The notes beneath the pieces were generated by a model. It saw nothing but the letters and a program-made list of their open reading frames with translations. It did not search any database and had not been told where the DNA came from. Of a stretch of 33,416 nt of DNA, positions 8,008-17,206 are shown one piece after another (the stretch's first letter is position 1; the number at the start of each line of letters is the position of its first letter). Both the position numbers and the translations under genes were made by a program. The stretch comes from a virus (taxonomy: Duplodnaviria; Caudoviricetes). The DNA lies in IMG/VR virus record IMGVR_UViG_3300025300_000050, positions 1-33,416 of that record. One strand, written 5' to 3'.

Positions 8008-8894
8008 AATACTGGGATTCCATAAGGGACCAAGGAATCCCAGATCGTTTCATATTCTTCCTTCACGCTGCCTTTGGTGTAGCTATAATCACCAAGTCGC
8101 TCTGCGGCCATGCCTTTACCAACTCGGCTATAAGCAAGCTCCGTCATGCGTAGCACAGCTTCCTGCACGGGGTACGGATATTCGTAGATATAGATATCAC
8201 TGTTATTTGCGTGAGATGCTGCGGTCGTCCCATTGACACCACGCTCAACGGTGAGATTGTGGGTAGAAATGGCCGAAATCCAAAGCTGTTCGGACTCAAT
8301 AAGGATTGTTTGACCGACTTCAAACTGTGTTCCAGCATCAACAGTCAGAGTAGTATCGGTTGAATTAAAAACTTCATTGACATCTGTTCCGGCATCATTA
8401 TAAGGCGTCGCAGACCTACCTGTTCCATAACCCCACAATGCAGCAATCTCAATGACACGCTGACCAGATGAAAATGTAGCATAGTCCCCTTGCCGTTCAT
8501 CCATCTGAACACCGCGTTTAGGGAACCTGGAACTTTCAAAGGGCCAAAGAATGTAATCAGTTGCTGCCAGGGTGTCTTCGTATGTTGCATCCTGGTTAGA
8601 GTCCATCTTGATCGTGGTGACGCTTAGGATATCCGGCACCCACAGAGTGCGAGTATCGTCACGAATGATGGGCTGTAAACTGAATTCCTGACGTTGGCGG
8701 GTATTGTTGAAACGCTCCAGAGGAATGTCAAAATACTTGGTGTCGGTAAGAACGTAGAAATGTCTTCCACAATAACTGTCAACTTCTCGGCTAGCTGCCT
8801 CAAGACGGCGAAGAAGCTGAGCATCCCACGTGGTGGTAGCGGCAGCGATGCTCAGGTTCTCCTTGATTTGATCTAATGTGGCGTATAAATTCAC
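8004..8894 (-). CDS. Head-tail connector (gp6/gp15-like) with inserted beta domain
   Basis: YATLDQIKENL...D-A-L...ASREVDSYCGRHF at the N-terminus and PYPVQEAVLRM...ERLGDYSY at the C-terminus. Insert: TTLTV...ILIESEQL...LTVERGVNGTTAASH. Confidence 0.85.
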   Translation of the reverse strand: MNLYATLDQIKENLSIAAATTTWDAQLLRRLEAASREVDSYCGRHFYVLTDTKYFDIPLERFNNTRQRQEFSLQPIIRDDTRTLWVPDILSVTTIKMDSNQDATYEDTLAATDYILWPFESSRFPKRGVQMDERQGDYATFSSGQRVIEIAALWGYGTGRSATPYNDAGTDVNEVFNSTDTTLTVDAGTQFEVGQTILIESEQLWISAISTHNLTVERGVNGTTAASHANNSDIYIYEYPYPVQEAVLRMTELAYSRVGKGMAAERLGDYSYTKGSVKEEYETIWDSLVPYGIPVL

Positions 8895-9155
8895 CTACAG
8901 GTTGTCCTCCCAGGCTTTTTCATCAAGTTCGATTTCTTTCCTGGTTCTATGGGGTCCAACCTTCCAGGGCAATAATCCATATCGATCACGCAGCATAGCC
9001 GCTTGTTCATCTCCTGTCAGTAATTTCTTGTCCGGTGCTGCTTTGGTAACTGATCTGGTTATCATCTTGTGATTCGGAGGACGTTCCAACAAATACTCCT
9101 GTGGGGATCGATTGGGTTTTCGTTGATTGTTCATGACCATTCGATCCTGGGACAA
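8895..9155 (-). CDS. Small head-region protein (start uncertain)
   Basis: PPNHKMITRSVTKA motif, similar to small proteins often found before head-tail connectors; abuts the connector start. Confidence 0.5.
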   Translation of the reverse strand: MSQDRMVMNNQRKPNRSPQEYLLERPPNHKMITRSVTKAAPDKKLLTGDEQAAMLRDRYGLLPWKVGPHRTRKEIELDEKAWEDNL

Positions 9156-9645
9156 TTATGCTAGATAGCAAATCATGAGGATTGGCTTCCTTGCCATCTG
9201 GTGTTCGGCAGATATCTTGCAACCGTTCTTTAATCAGGGCCATATCCATCCTCAGAGCAAATGGCCCTTGGCTATCTGTCCATTCTACAATCCAGTCATA
9301 GTCGGTCTGTTCCAGAGCAACCCAATCCAACTGATTAGCTAAGGTGTATTGGAAGGCACGGATGACTGAAGCCGCTGATACCATACCACTAGCTCCCTCT
9401 ATCCGCTTTGGCCTACCTTTATCATCGATATCATGACCATAGCCATCATTAATCAGAAACATTACAACTTGAGCGAAGGTAGCTTCTTCAATCATGGCTT
9501 TGCTGTAGACGTTCGCACCAAGAGGCCATTGAGCAGCTCTGGCTTCTTCTAAAGATTCCCGCTGCTTACGAGCATCAGGGTCTACAATCCGAATAGGAAA
9601 ACCTTCGACACCTAAAAAATCTGGGTGATATCTTATGTACTTCAA
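9007..9645 (-). CDS. Hypothetical protein
   Basis: 212-aa ORF, TTG start with GAGGAG SD. Confidence 0.65.
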   Translation of the reverse strand: MKYIRYHPDFLGVEGFPIRIVDPDARKQRESLEEARAAQWPLGANVYSKAMIEEATFAQVVMFLINDGYGHDIDDKGRPKRIEGASGMVSAASVIRAFQYTLANQLDWVALEQTDYDWIVEWTDSQGPFALRMDMALIKERLQDICRTPDGKEANPHDLLSSIIVPGSNGHEQSTKTQSIPTGVFVGTSSESQDDNQISYQSSTGQEITDRR

Positions 9646-9676
9646 TGGTCTCCTCTCATTTCAGCACCTTCATGGC

Positions 9677-9892
9677 TTATCGGGCAGCCGCAGTGTCCAG
9701 CGCAGCAATGGCAGAAGCAGAAAAATCGGCCAACGGTAATGCCACAATCCTGACCGAAGTAGCTCTCCGTGACGTAGCAGCGTCCACTACTTCACATTCA
9801 ACCGTCAATTCGTAACTGACTGTGACGCTTTCATCTGCGTTTACGGTCTTCACCTTCCTCACCCTTGTCCACTCGTTATTCTCAATAGTCAT
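9677..9892 (-). CDS. Hypothetical protein
   Basis: ORF with GAGGGG SD, overlapping the upstream stop. Confidence 0.55.
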   Translation of the reverse strand: MTIENNEWTRVRKVKTVNADESVTVSYELTVECEVVDAATSRRATSVRIVALPLADFSASAIAALDTAAAR

Positions 9893-10310
9893 TGCGTCCC
9901 CTCTCAGTTCGAATTCTCGTTTCCCGTCCGGTGCCGGTGGCTACTCGTGAAGGAGGCGTTTGATCCTTTAGCCTTGCTCTGACCACTGCCAGGGGTTCGC
10001 CGGTTTGGATAGCGACTTGGCGATACCATAGATATCGGGGCATATCATGCTCCTCGCTATCCCAGGGCTGAACGCTGAAAATGTGTTGTTGGCGGTTATG
10101 GTCGAAATAAGCATCAACCGCTTCGAAATACTGGGGGAACATTGTCGCAAGGTCTCTTAACAGACAGCACATGCGGATACGAAGGGTCTGTCCTAGGTAG
10201 GGATTTGTCCAGTCCTGTATGTTGTGAAATGTACAATCACATAGATCATCGCCATGCTGCCACCACGTTGTAGCAACAGGTTGTTGCAGAAGTTCTTGAA
10301 ACGCTTGCAT
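9882..10310 (-). CDS. Hypothetical Cys/His/Trp-containing protein
   Basis: ORF in operon; HGDDLCDC and RMCC motifs. Confidence 0.6.
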   Translation of the reverse strand: MQAFQELLQQPVATTWWQHGDDLCDCTFHNIQDWTNPYLGQTLRIRMCCLLRDLATMFPQYFEAVDAYFDHNRQQHIFSVQPWDSEEHDMPRYLWYRQVAIQTGEPLAVVRARLKDQTPPSRVATGTGRETRIRTERGRNDY

Positions 10311-10315
10311 CCTAC

Positions 10316-11764
10316 TTACCCCACATTGCTGACGGTGCCGTCAGCGACAATTTTTTTCAGAACTCCAGATGCAGAGAATATCCCGCTCGCATTAGTAATA
10401 GCACCCGCAGGAGCAGTGCCGTCGCGCAGCACGATAGCGTTGGTCGGCTGCGTAGTGCCAAATGTCGACGCTGTCCCCATAGTGAGCTTGACGCTGCCGT
10501 TGGCTACATCAATCTGTTGTCCCGATGATCCCAACGTCATAGTTGCTGAGGTACACAAAATCGTTGATGCTTGAGCAAACGTCAAACCTCCAACATCGGT
10601 GAGACGCATCTTTTCCCCAACGCTGCCCCCGGATCGCAAAAACCATGTAAACGCCGAGTCCTCATTCGCGGCATCAGTCCAGATAACGTTATTTCGACCT
10701 GCTGTCCGGCCCTCTGTTCCACCCTCATTTTCCAGAACGAAGCTGAGTCCAACTCCGAAACCATCGGTCGCTGTGTTAGTCGAGGAGTGCTCCAGTTTGA
10801 GGGGCTGGATCGCCGCAGTAGTACCGGTATCATTGACATAGACATCCAGGTTTGTCGTAGCAGCACGATTAATGCCGACATTGCCATCAAACTGATAAGC
10901 CCCTCCCGCAAACGTCAGAGTATTGGACGCGTGAGTAATGGTTATGTCAGCAGAGGCAAAATTGACGACTGCGCCCGATGTAAGAAAAATGTCATCACCA
11001 GCATATATATCGCCTACTACCCCTAAACCGCCGTCGGTATGGATGGAGCCAGTCGTGGTGGAAGTGCTTTCAGTCGTATCATCTACGCTGATAAGACCCG
11101 ACGACGTAATTGTTTGATCGTTAGCAATGGTTATGGCTGTGGTCATCGTGCCGCCACTGGTAGATGTTCGGAGGAGCATTTCTCCACCGATTTGATTTGC
11201 GGCTATGGACGAATCGTCGACCACAAATTCAATCTGAGCAACATTGGTTTCCAGGTCTACTCCATCGTCGGCAAAGGCGGCCACAACTCCTAGCACCTCA
11301 TTGTCTGTGACGATGGTATGGCTACCAATACTGGCATTGCCACCTTTTACAAGAGCCAACATCGGAGCGGCAGCATTGGTAGCCGTAGTAGAAAAGACCG
11401 CCGCCATAATTGTCCCATCGGCTTGCGCCGTCCCTAGCACTTGTAGTTCAGGTACTAAATCTGTTGCGCCATCTAGGGTAGATATGGTTTCTTGCGAGGT
11501 ATGTCCAATAACTATTCCGTTGCCATTGTTGATTAGGAGGTTGCCTGCATAGCGCAATCCAGATGCACTACCGTATAGCTCTATGGCAGGGATATCATCT
11601 GCCGAGAATCCAATGGAGATCGCAGAGTCACCATCAAGGTCAGTAATAGCAATCACATTGTTGGCATCATCATCGAAATAGGTGGATACCACTCCACCCT
11701 TCTTCTCACCCAGGATAAAAGTCTCGTGCGATTCCCCTGTATCAACATGCTCGATATATCGCAT
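10316..11764 (-). CDS. Fibre/spike-like structural protein
   Basis: Thr/Gly/Ser-rich; [28 protein letters not shown] and EKMRLT repeats typical of phage fibres. Confidence 0.7.
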   Translation of the reverse strand: MRYIEHVDTGESHETFILGEKKGGVVSTYFDDDANNVIAITDLDGDSAISIGFSADDIPAIELYGSASGLRYAGNLLINNGNGIVIGHTSQETISTLDGATDLVPELQVLGTAQADGTIMAAVFSTTATNAAAPMLALVKGGNASIGSHTIVTDNEVLGVVAAFADDGVDLETNVAQIEFVVDDSSIAANQIGGEMLLRTSTSGGTMTTAITIANDQTITSSGLISVDDTTESTSTTTGSIHTDGGLGVVGDIYAGDDIFLTSGAVVNFASADITITHASNTLTFAGGAYQFDGNVGINRAATTNLDVYVNDTGTTAAIQPLKLEHSSTNTATDGFGVGLSFVLENEGGTEGRTAGRNNVIWTDAANEDSAFTWFLRSGGSVGEKMRLTDVGGLTFAQASTILCTSATMTLGSSGQQIDVANGSVKLTMGTASTFGTTQPTNAIVLRDGTAPAGAITNASGIFSASGVLKKIVADGTVSNVG

Positions 11765-11767
11765 CTA

Positions 11768-12169
11768 CTAAGCCTCCAGACTACCCAGCACATAAACTCG
11801 GACTATATATGTCGCATTATTAACATTTTGATTAGCGACTTTGAACGTCAGCACATCATCGGCTGCGACCGGAGGATTAACAGATGTGCCGGAGAACACG
11901 ATACTTACCTTTTCCGTGCTAGAGGTATGTCGATTCGCTCCGACACCCTCCAGCACATCATGCCCATTCGCATCTACTATCGTAATGTCATAGTTACTCG
12001 TGGGAGCGGTTGACCCTGGATTTGTTTCCAACGCCAGCAGTCTACCGCTCATCCTGGCGGTGATGTCAGTATTTGGGACGGAACCATCCGAGCTATCTCC
12101 AGTACAACTCAACTCCACCACCGCCACGGGGCCACGCTTGGTTGCAGCTTGTGTAACTGTTCCAGCCAC
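11768..12169 (-). CDS. Head-associated structural protein (hypothetical)
   Basis: Small beta-rich protein (TNPGSTAPTSNYDITIVD..G.DVL.G.G) between capsid and connector genes. Confidence 0.6.
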   Translation of the reverse strand: MAGTVTQAATKRGPVAVVELSCTGDSSDGSVPNTDITARMSGRLLALETNPGSTAPTSNYDITIVDANGHDVLEGVGANRHTSSTEKVSIVFSGTSVNPPVAADDVLTFKVANQNVNNATYIVRVYVLGSLEA

Positions 12170-12179
12170 AGATTTCTCC

Positions 12180-13394
12180 TTATGAGGCTACTGTAGTGGG
12201 TATCAACCGACCGGACTGGTCTACAGCATCAGCTTCGTAGTTCTCAAAACACATGCAGCTACCAGGGTCAAGCATCGATGCAAGGGTGCCTTCACCCATT
12301 AGGTTGTAAGCGATCATGCCGGTTGCAGCAGCCGTGAAGATGATCGCTGGCCCGTAAGTAAACCGGTTGCCAACGACCTCACATTGTGTCTGGGCAACGC
12401 CGGAGTTAATGGCTCCGGTGTCCCATCCGTTGGTGTCAGTGCCACCGAAGAACCGGCAATTGTGTATTAATACTTCGGTAACGATGGCTTCGATTTCAAT
12501 CGCTGCATCGGCACCATTTGCCGTCACGACGAAGGTGCAACCAACAATCTCGGCACCATCACCGTCACCTGTGATCGTAATTGATTCCAAGTTCGTGGAG
12601 CCGATGTCAAAGTGACAGTTTGAGACCTTACAGTTTGCAGCGTTGATATCAATGGTTGCGCCACCAGAGGCGGGGGCGGTCGTCGCTTCGTTGAAGTAGA
12701 GATTATCTAGGACAACGTTGGCAGCATCTAGGGCGAAACAATCACCAGCCACGGCTTGCGTAAACTGAGGACGAGCCGACCCTTGCCCAAGGCCAAGAAC
12801 CGAGATACCTGCGCTGTCCATTGTTGTCTCGTCGGTAATTGTTTCAGAATGACCAGGCAAAACAAAGATCACATCGCCTTGACTAGCAGTACAAAGAGCT
12901 TCGGCAGATTCAACGTCTGCAATAGCTTTATCAGGGTGCATTCCATATGACGAAGTGGTGCCGGTTGCTAGAGCGTTGCTGTCCACGAAGAACACATTGC
13001 CGGAGAAATAGTTGGCGTTAACAATGGAGGGGAGTTGACCAGGGGCTTGCTTCCAGAACAACCCAGTTCTGGAACCGACTATTGTGGCACCGCCTGCCAC
13101 CATCGGGATTCCGTTACGAGCAAGCATCGCACTCTGGTAATGTCGGCGCATCCGTGACGGTAAACCGAAATACCAGAAACGTGTTGCCTGTCTATTCAGA
13201 TGGCGTTGCTGGGCATACATGGGATTGCTGATTGCGCCAAACTGGAACAAGAGGACACGTATGTAAAACAGCTTGATCCAATTGGGGAATCTTCCCAAAT
13301 TCATATTGAGCGATACACGTACAACATCAAAAAGGGAACATAGGAGTACCAGGGAGCGTATCCAAATGGGGCCTGAGAGACCGGCTCGTAGCAT
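12180..13394 (-). CDS. Pectin-lyase-like right-handed beta-helix protein (head-associated)
   Basis: GNVFFVDS...A..CTASQGDVIFVLPGHSETI cap followed by xIxNCxF beta-helix repeats. Confidence 0.75.
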   Translation of the reverse strand: MLRAGLSGPIWIRSLVLLCSLFDVVRVSLNMNLGRFPNWIKLFYIRVLLFQFGAISNPMYAQQRHLNRQATRFWYFGLPSRMRRHYQSAMLARNGIPMVAGGATIVGSRTGLFWKQAPGQLPSIVNANYFSGNVFFVDSNALATGTTSSYGMHPDKAIADVESAEALCTASQGDVIFVLPGHSETITDETTMDSAGISVLGLGQGSARPQFTQAVAGDCFALDAANVVLDNLYFNEATTAPASGGATIDINAANCKVSNCHFDIGSTNLESITITGDGDGAEIVGCTFVVTANGADAAIEIEAIVTEVLIHNCRFFGGTDTNGWDTGAINSGVAQTQCEVVGNRFTYGPAIIFTAAATGMIAYNLMGEGTLASMLDPGSCMCFENYEADAVDQSGRLIPTTVAS

Positions 13395-13450
13395 TTCTAC
13401 CCTCGCTTTTCAGGATTGGCCTTTGTTGCGAGTGGTGGATTATCTACTAA

Positions 13451-13870
13451 CTAGATTCCACCTCGCATTATGATGATTGTGTCACACAATTTACATCGCC
13501 TTGGGCGGTCATTCCAACGGGCACCGCAATGACCGCAGGTATAACCATCATAATCATTAATGGTGCCGTAGGCAGCTGTCCTACTGTGGGGAAGCCTACC
13601 GTGCCTACGAGCTACCCTGAGTTCCCACCAAACATTGGTATTGGTTGGGAGTGACCCAGTTACATCAAGCCAGACTCGTGCTTTGGCTTTGACCCTCTGG
13701 AGTTCGTCCGGTGTGAGGTACTCAAACGATTCATCGTACCAGTAAACTCCGTCCAGAGGGTCATCTTGTTCCGCGTAATGATCTACCGCTTGTACAAATA
13801 GCTCAGTGGGAAGATCTTTAGGAGCCTCCCTTTTGTTGAGCTTCCAAACCTTGATCCCGTCATCCGTCAA
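13451..13870 (-). CDS. Hypothetical protein with C-terminal Zn ribbon
   Basis: YTCGHCGARWNDRPRRCKLCD. Confidence 0.55.
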   Translation of the reverse strand: MTDDGIKVWKLNKREAPKDLPTELFVQAVDHYAEQDDPLDGVYWYDESFEYLTPDELQRVKAKARVWLDVTGSLPTNTNVWWELRVARRHGRLPHSRTAAYGTINDYDGYTCGHCGARWNDRPRRCKLCDTIIIMRGGI

Positions 13871-13873
13871 GTG

Positions 13874-14353
13874 TTATGACGGTCTCACGTACACTATGCT
13901 ACCAGCGGATGCAGTTCCATCAAGCTGTTCGTGTGGGTAGTGGTAATCGTATCGGATAAAGACACCGAATACGTTGTCTGTTCCGCTATTACCACCTTCA
14001 GCCACATATAGGCGCACGTGGTTGAAATCGTTGCCAGCGTCCATCTTCTCTTGACGGGCTTCGATAATTACCTGATCGCCATCAGCATCGATAGGAGCGT
14101 CAGTATCGTAATTACCGCCACTGGCATCGGTGGTGAAATCCTTAACTCCAGTCCCAGAAGAGTCTGAAGCTTGCTGAATCCGGCATTCGTCCAGGTCATC
14201 GCCGGAATCCCAGGTGCCTAGCTCAACCTTAGCAAAGACACGGTCATAACCGAGCATGGTGAGGTATCCACCCGCATTCTGGGCATTGGTGCCACCGATA
14301 TCGGCTTGTTCCAGGAAATCAAAAGTCGCTATTTCCGAAAGTTCTCGTCCCAT
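13874..14353 (-). CDS. Capsid decoration/cement-like protein
   Basis: Acidic 159-aa protein directly after the major capsid gene; QASDSSGTGVKD...FNHVRL pattern common in post-MCP genes. Confidence 0.6.
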   Translation of the reverse strand: MGRELSEIATFDFLEQADIGGTNAQNAGGYLTMLGYDRVFAKVELGTWDSGDDLDECRIQQASDSSGTGVKDFTTDASGGNYDTDAPIDADGDQVIIEARQEKMDAGNDFNHVRLYVAEGGNSGTDNVFGVFIRYDYHYPHEQLDGTASAGSIVYVRPS

Positions 14354-14383
14354 ATCTCATCTCCTAGCCTATGGCTCTGTTAT

Positions 14384-15697
14384 TTAAGACCTGACTGCAA
14401 GCTCTACGAAGGGGCTGAGAGTGTTGCTGCCATTTTGTGGGGTCAGCGCAGAGATCATCCAGGGCTGACCATCGACTCGCTTTACAAACCTCCAGCAAAT
14501 CTCGTCAGTGGTGAACTGCTGGTGCATTGACGAATCGATCCGCAAGTCCATTCGGTCACCGATCAGGTACTGGCTAAAGTCGGCCAACATGATGTCCCCG
14601 GCCGTTCCGAGAGTCTGGGCATGTTCGGTGTAAACGATTGGCCTACCGAGTAGGGTATCGGGCATGTCTGGCACTGAGGACTGCACCCACATGGCTGCTC
14701 CACCAGTACCAACGGCTAGGTTCATGGTCATTAACTGAGGGATAGTATCCGAGTTGGCTACCCATACAGCCCTACCATAAGAAGTCGGCATGATTCTAGA
14801 CCGCATCTTCACCACGTTCTCATAAACAACTGTGGTAGCAGCCTGAGATGTTTCCTTAGCTACCGTGACACGGGCAGGTGAGTTCTGAATACCGAGTGGC
14901 TGACCTGCACCGTTGCCGGAGAGGAAACCGTCATCTTCGAACCAGCCTATGGCTCGACCGAACAGCTGGAACAGTAGAGCTTCCAACCCAATGGCCGAGT
15001 CCTGCAAAAGTTCAGTGGTTGAATAAGTGAGACCGACGAGCTTCCGGCTTCGGAGTTCAACCGATCCCAAAGTGGGCTGAGAGGCGGTAAGGGTTGCGCC
15101 TTCGCCTACCCAGTAAGCTTGTACGCCACCGAAGACGGTGGATGCACGGCTGCTTTCATCAATCCTGGGAATCTTGACAAGATCGCCAGCCATTGGGATG
15201 ACAGTAGCTCTGGGACGAACCACTGCTTCCTCCATAGCATTCTGGAGCAGTTGGGCGCGAAACTCATCAGGGACAAGGAATCCACCATCTGCGCCGATCC
15301 CTTCGCTGAGTCCGGTGGCTCTGGTTTCCACAATCCCTATATTCTGGCTTCCTTCAAGTCTGGGGTCATGTCGCCCAAACTGAGAATTGTGAACCGATAC
15401 AAGGTACTCGCCAAAGGATTTAAACTTGTCACCGTTTTCGTACGGACGACCGGTCGCATGGTCAACAGGGCCAGGAACAAATCTTTGGAGCGGATCGTTG
15501 GCTGGAGTAGGTGCGCGCCGACCACTGCGGTAATCATCGTGTTCTTCACGACTCCGCTGACCGGCAGCATCCAAAGCATCCTTGATCTGTTGCTCCACGT
15601 TCGGGGAGAGGTTCTTGTTGGCCTTGTCTACCGCTTCGGCACTGGCCTCCTCGATCGCTCTGCGGACTGACTCCGGTAATTGTGCCTGCATGTTCAT
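14384..15697 (-). CDS. Major capsid protein, HK97 fold
   Basis: GLSEGIGADGGFLVPDEF, AYWVGEG, TLLGRPIVYTE, ADFSQYLIGDR, RVDGQPW. Start at ATG 15697 overlaps the protease stop (ATGA). Confidence 0.96.
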   Translation of the reverse strand: MNMQAQLPESVRRAIEEASAEAVDKANKNLSPNVEQQIKDALDAAGQRSREEHDDYRSGRRAPTPANDPLQRFVPGPVDHATGRPYENGDKFKSFGEYLVSVHNSQFGRHDPRLEGSQNIGIVETRATGLSEGIGADGGFLVPDEFRAQLLQNAMEEAVVRPRATVIPMAGDLVKIPRIDESSRASTVFGGVQAYWVGEGATLTASQPTLGSVELRSRKLVGLTYSTTELLQDSAIGLEALLFQLFGRAIGWFEDDGFLSGNGAGQPLGIQNSPARVTVAKETSQAATTVVYENVVKMRSRIMPTSYGRAVWVANSDTIPQLMTMNLAVGTGGAAMWVQSSVPDMPDTLLGRPIVYTEHAQTLGTAGDIMLADFSQYLIGDRMDLRIDSSMHQQFTTDEICWRFVKRVDGQPWMISALTPQNGSNTLSPFVELAVRS

Positions 15698-16986
15698 ACC
15701 GCTGCTCCTTCTTCTTCGGACTCGACTTCTTCCCAATGGGCAAAAAATTGGTCGATTTCAGCTTGGGCTTCTGCGCCATTTCCGTTATCTTCTTGCTGCA
15801 ATTCAGCAAAGAACTCGTCAATTATGATTTGCTCATCGTCTTTGGCCTGTTTAATTTCTTGAACAGATGCAAGAGTTCGTGCTTGCAGTATTTTATCCAT
15901 GATCGACTTCGGTAAGTATCGGGTCAAGTTTTCTACAGAGGTGAGGGTCAAGAGTTCAACTACGGATTCCATCGTGGTTGCCAAAGACTCAGTCAAGCTG
16001 GGTTCTTCTTGACCATTGCGCTCCCAAGGTGGTGCGCCTTTATCAAAGTCCTTGTAATGCCTGGCGATATGGGACTTAACCTCAATTAGATCGTTATCGG
16101 AGATGTCGTCGTATTTACCACCTGCAATATCAGCAGCAACTGCCCGAACGCCTTTCCAAACGGTGGCATGGTCGTCGCTGGCATCATGATGGATACCACG
16201 GTAGGATCGTTTCCTACGCGGTTTTCGCCCTTCAACATAAACAGCCATGATCTCTAATTCATCAATCTCAGACTTAGCCACTTCATCGCCTTGCGACCAT
16301 TCAACATCTTCGGGAGCCAGTGGATGCTTCTTATAAGGGATAGCATCCTTTTGCTCAAGATCATCGATGTCGCCAGGGCTAGTGTAAGAGAACGCCTTAT
16401 TGGACGGTGTCCAAAGGCCAGCTAGGTTCAGCACATAGTTGCTGATAGATTGTGCTTCATCAATGGACACTGCGCCGAGTGTAACAGCTTGCATAAGAGC
16501 ATTGGCATTGGCAGGAACAGGCACTGCGGAAAGCTCTAGCAATTCCTGTTTTAGAAATATCTTGGGCATGAAAAATTGGGAGGGGTCATTGTCAGCTTCG
16601 TCGAGGAATTTCCACTCTTTGGGGATGAATCCTACTGAGACGGCAGCTAAGTAACCGCCTTTATATAGTTTATATATGGTGTCAGCGAATTCATATTCGG
16701 CAGATGTGGCAAACTGGATATCAAAGATAAGTTTGCCGTTCTCCGAGGTGATTACTTGGGCTTTCCCTATGGGAGGTGCGAAGTAATCGTGCGCCCACAA
16801 AAACACTGGGTTCTTGATAAAGTTGTCAAGCTCCCAGCCTTCAGCGAGGATACGATCACCGCCACGGTCTTGGCTTTCATCTGAACCAATAAAACGAAGC
16901 ACTCGGTTCTTCTCTTCGCCCTCTTGCTTTACATTGTAGGAAAAAGAGAGCTGAACCTTCTCGCTCGACACATTAGCTTCAATCAT
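15694..16986 (-). CDS. HK97-family prohead maturation protease with extra C-terminal domain
   Basis: DRGGDRI, NPVFLWAHD..PPIGK, AVSVGFIP, ELLELSAVPVPAN. Start reassigned to ATG 16986 (AGGAG SD). Confidence 0.93.
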   Translation of the reverse strand: MIEANVSSEKVQLSFSYNVKQEGEEKNRVLRFIGSDESQDRGGDRILAEGWELDNFIKNPVFLWAHDYFAPPIGKAQVITSENGKLIFDIQFATSAEYEFADTIYKLYKGGYLAAVSVGFIPKEWKFLDEADNDPSQFFMPKIFLKQELLELSAVPVPANANALMQAVTLGAVSIDEAQSISNYVLNLAGLWTPSNKAFSYTSPGDIDDLEQKDAIPYKKHPLAPEDVEWSQGDEVAKSEIDELEIMAVYVEGRKPRRKRSYRGIHHDASDDHATVWKGVRAVAADIAGGKYDDISDNDLIEVKSHIARHYKDFDKGAPPWERNGQEEPSLTESLATTMESVVELLTLTSVENLTRYLPKSIMDKILQARTLASVQEIKQAKDDEQIIIDEFFAELQQEDNGNGAEAQAEIDQFFAHWEEVESEEEGAAV

Positions 16987-17066
16987 GGAAGCTCCTAATG
17001 TTACTCCCGTGACTACGATACTGCTGCTATGGGTCTCCAATAATAAGGGAGGTATAAGTTGTATAA

Positions 17067-17096
17067 AAAATAGCAAATTGCCTTACAACAAGTCAA
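17067..17096 (-). promoter_or_regulatory. Putative promoter for the protease-capsid operon
   Basis: TTGACT-18 nt-TATTTT with TG at the extended -10 position, just downstream of the terminator. Confidence 0.4.
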
Positions 17097-17113
17097 TGGG
17101 GGAAATGTCCAGG

Positions 17114-17152
17114 CAATAAATAGGCTCTCCGTATGGCGCAACCGGAGAGCCT
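17114..17152 (-). terminator. Intrinsic terminator after the portal gene
   Basis: Perfect 10-bp stem AGGCTCTCCG/CGGAGAGCCT followed on the minus strand by ATTTATTG. Confidence 0.65.
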
Positions 17153-17206
17153 TTGCAACGGAGGAGATACTGTGCTTCTACGCAGTATCTCAGGATGATT
17201 CTATCA

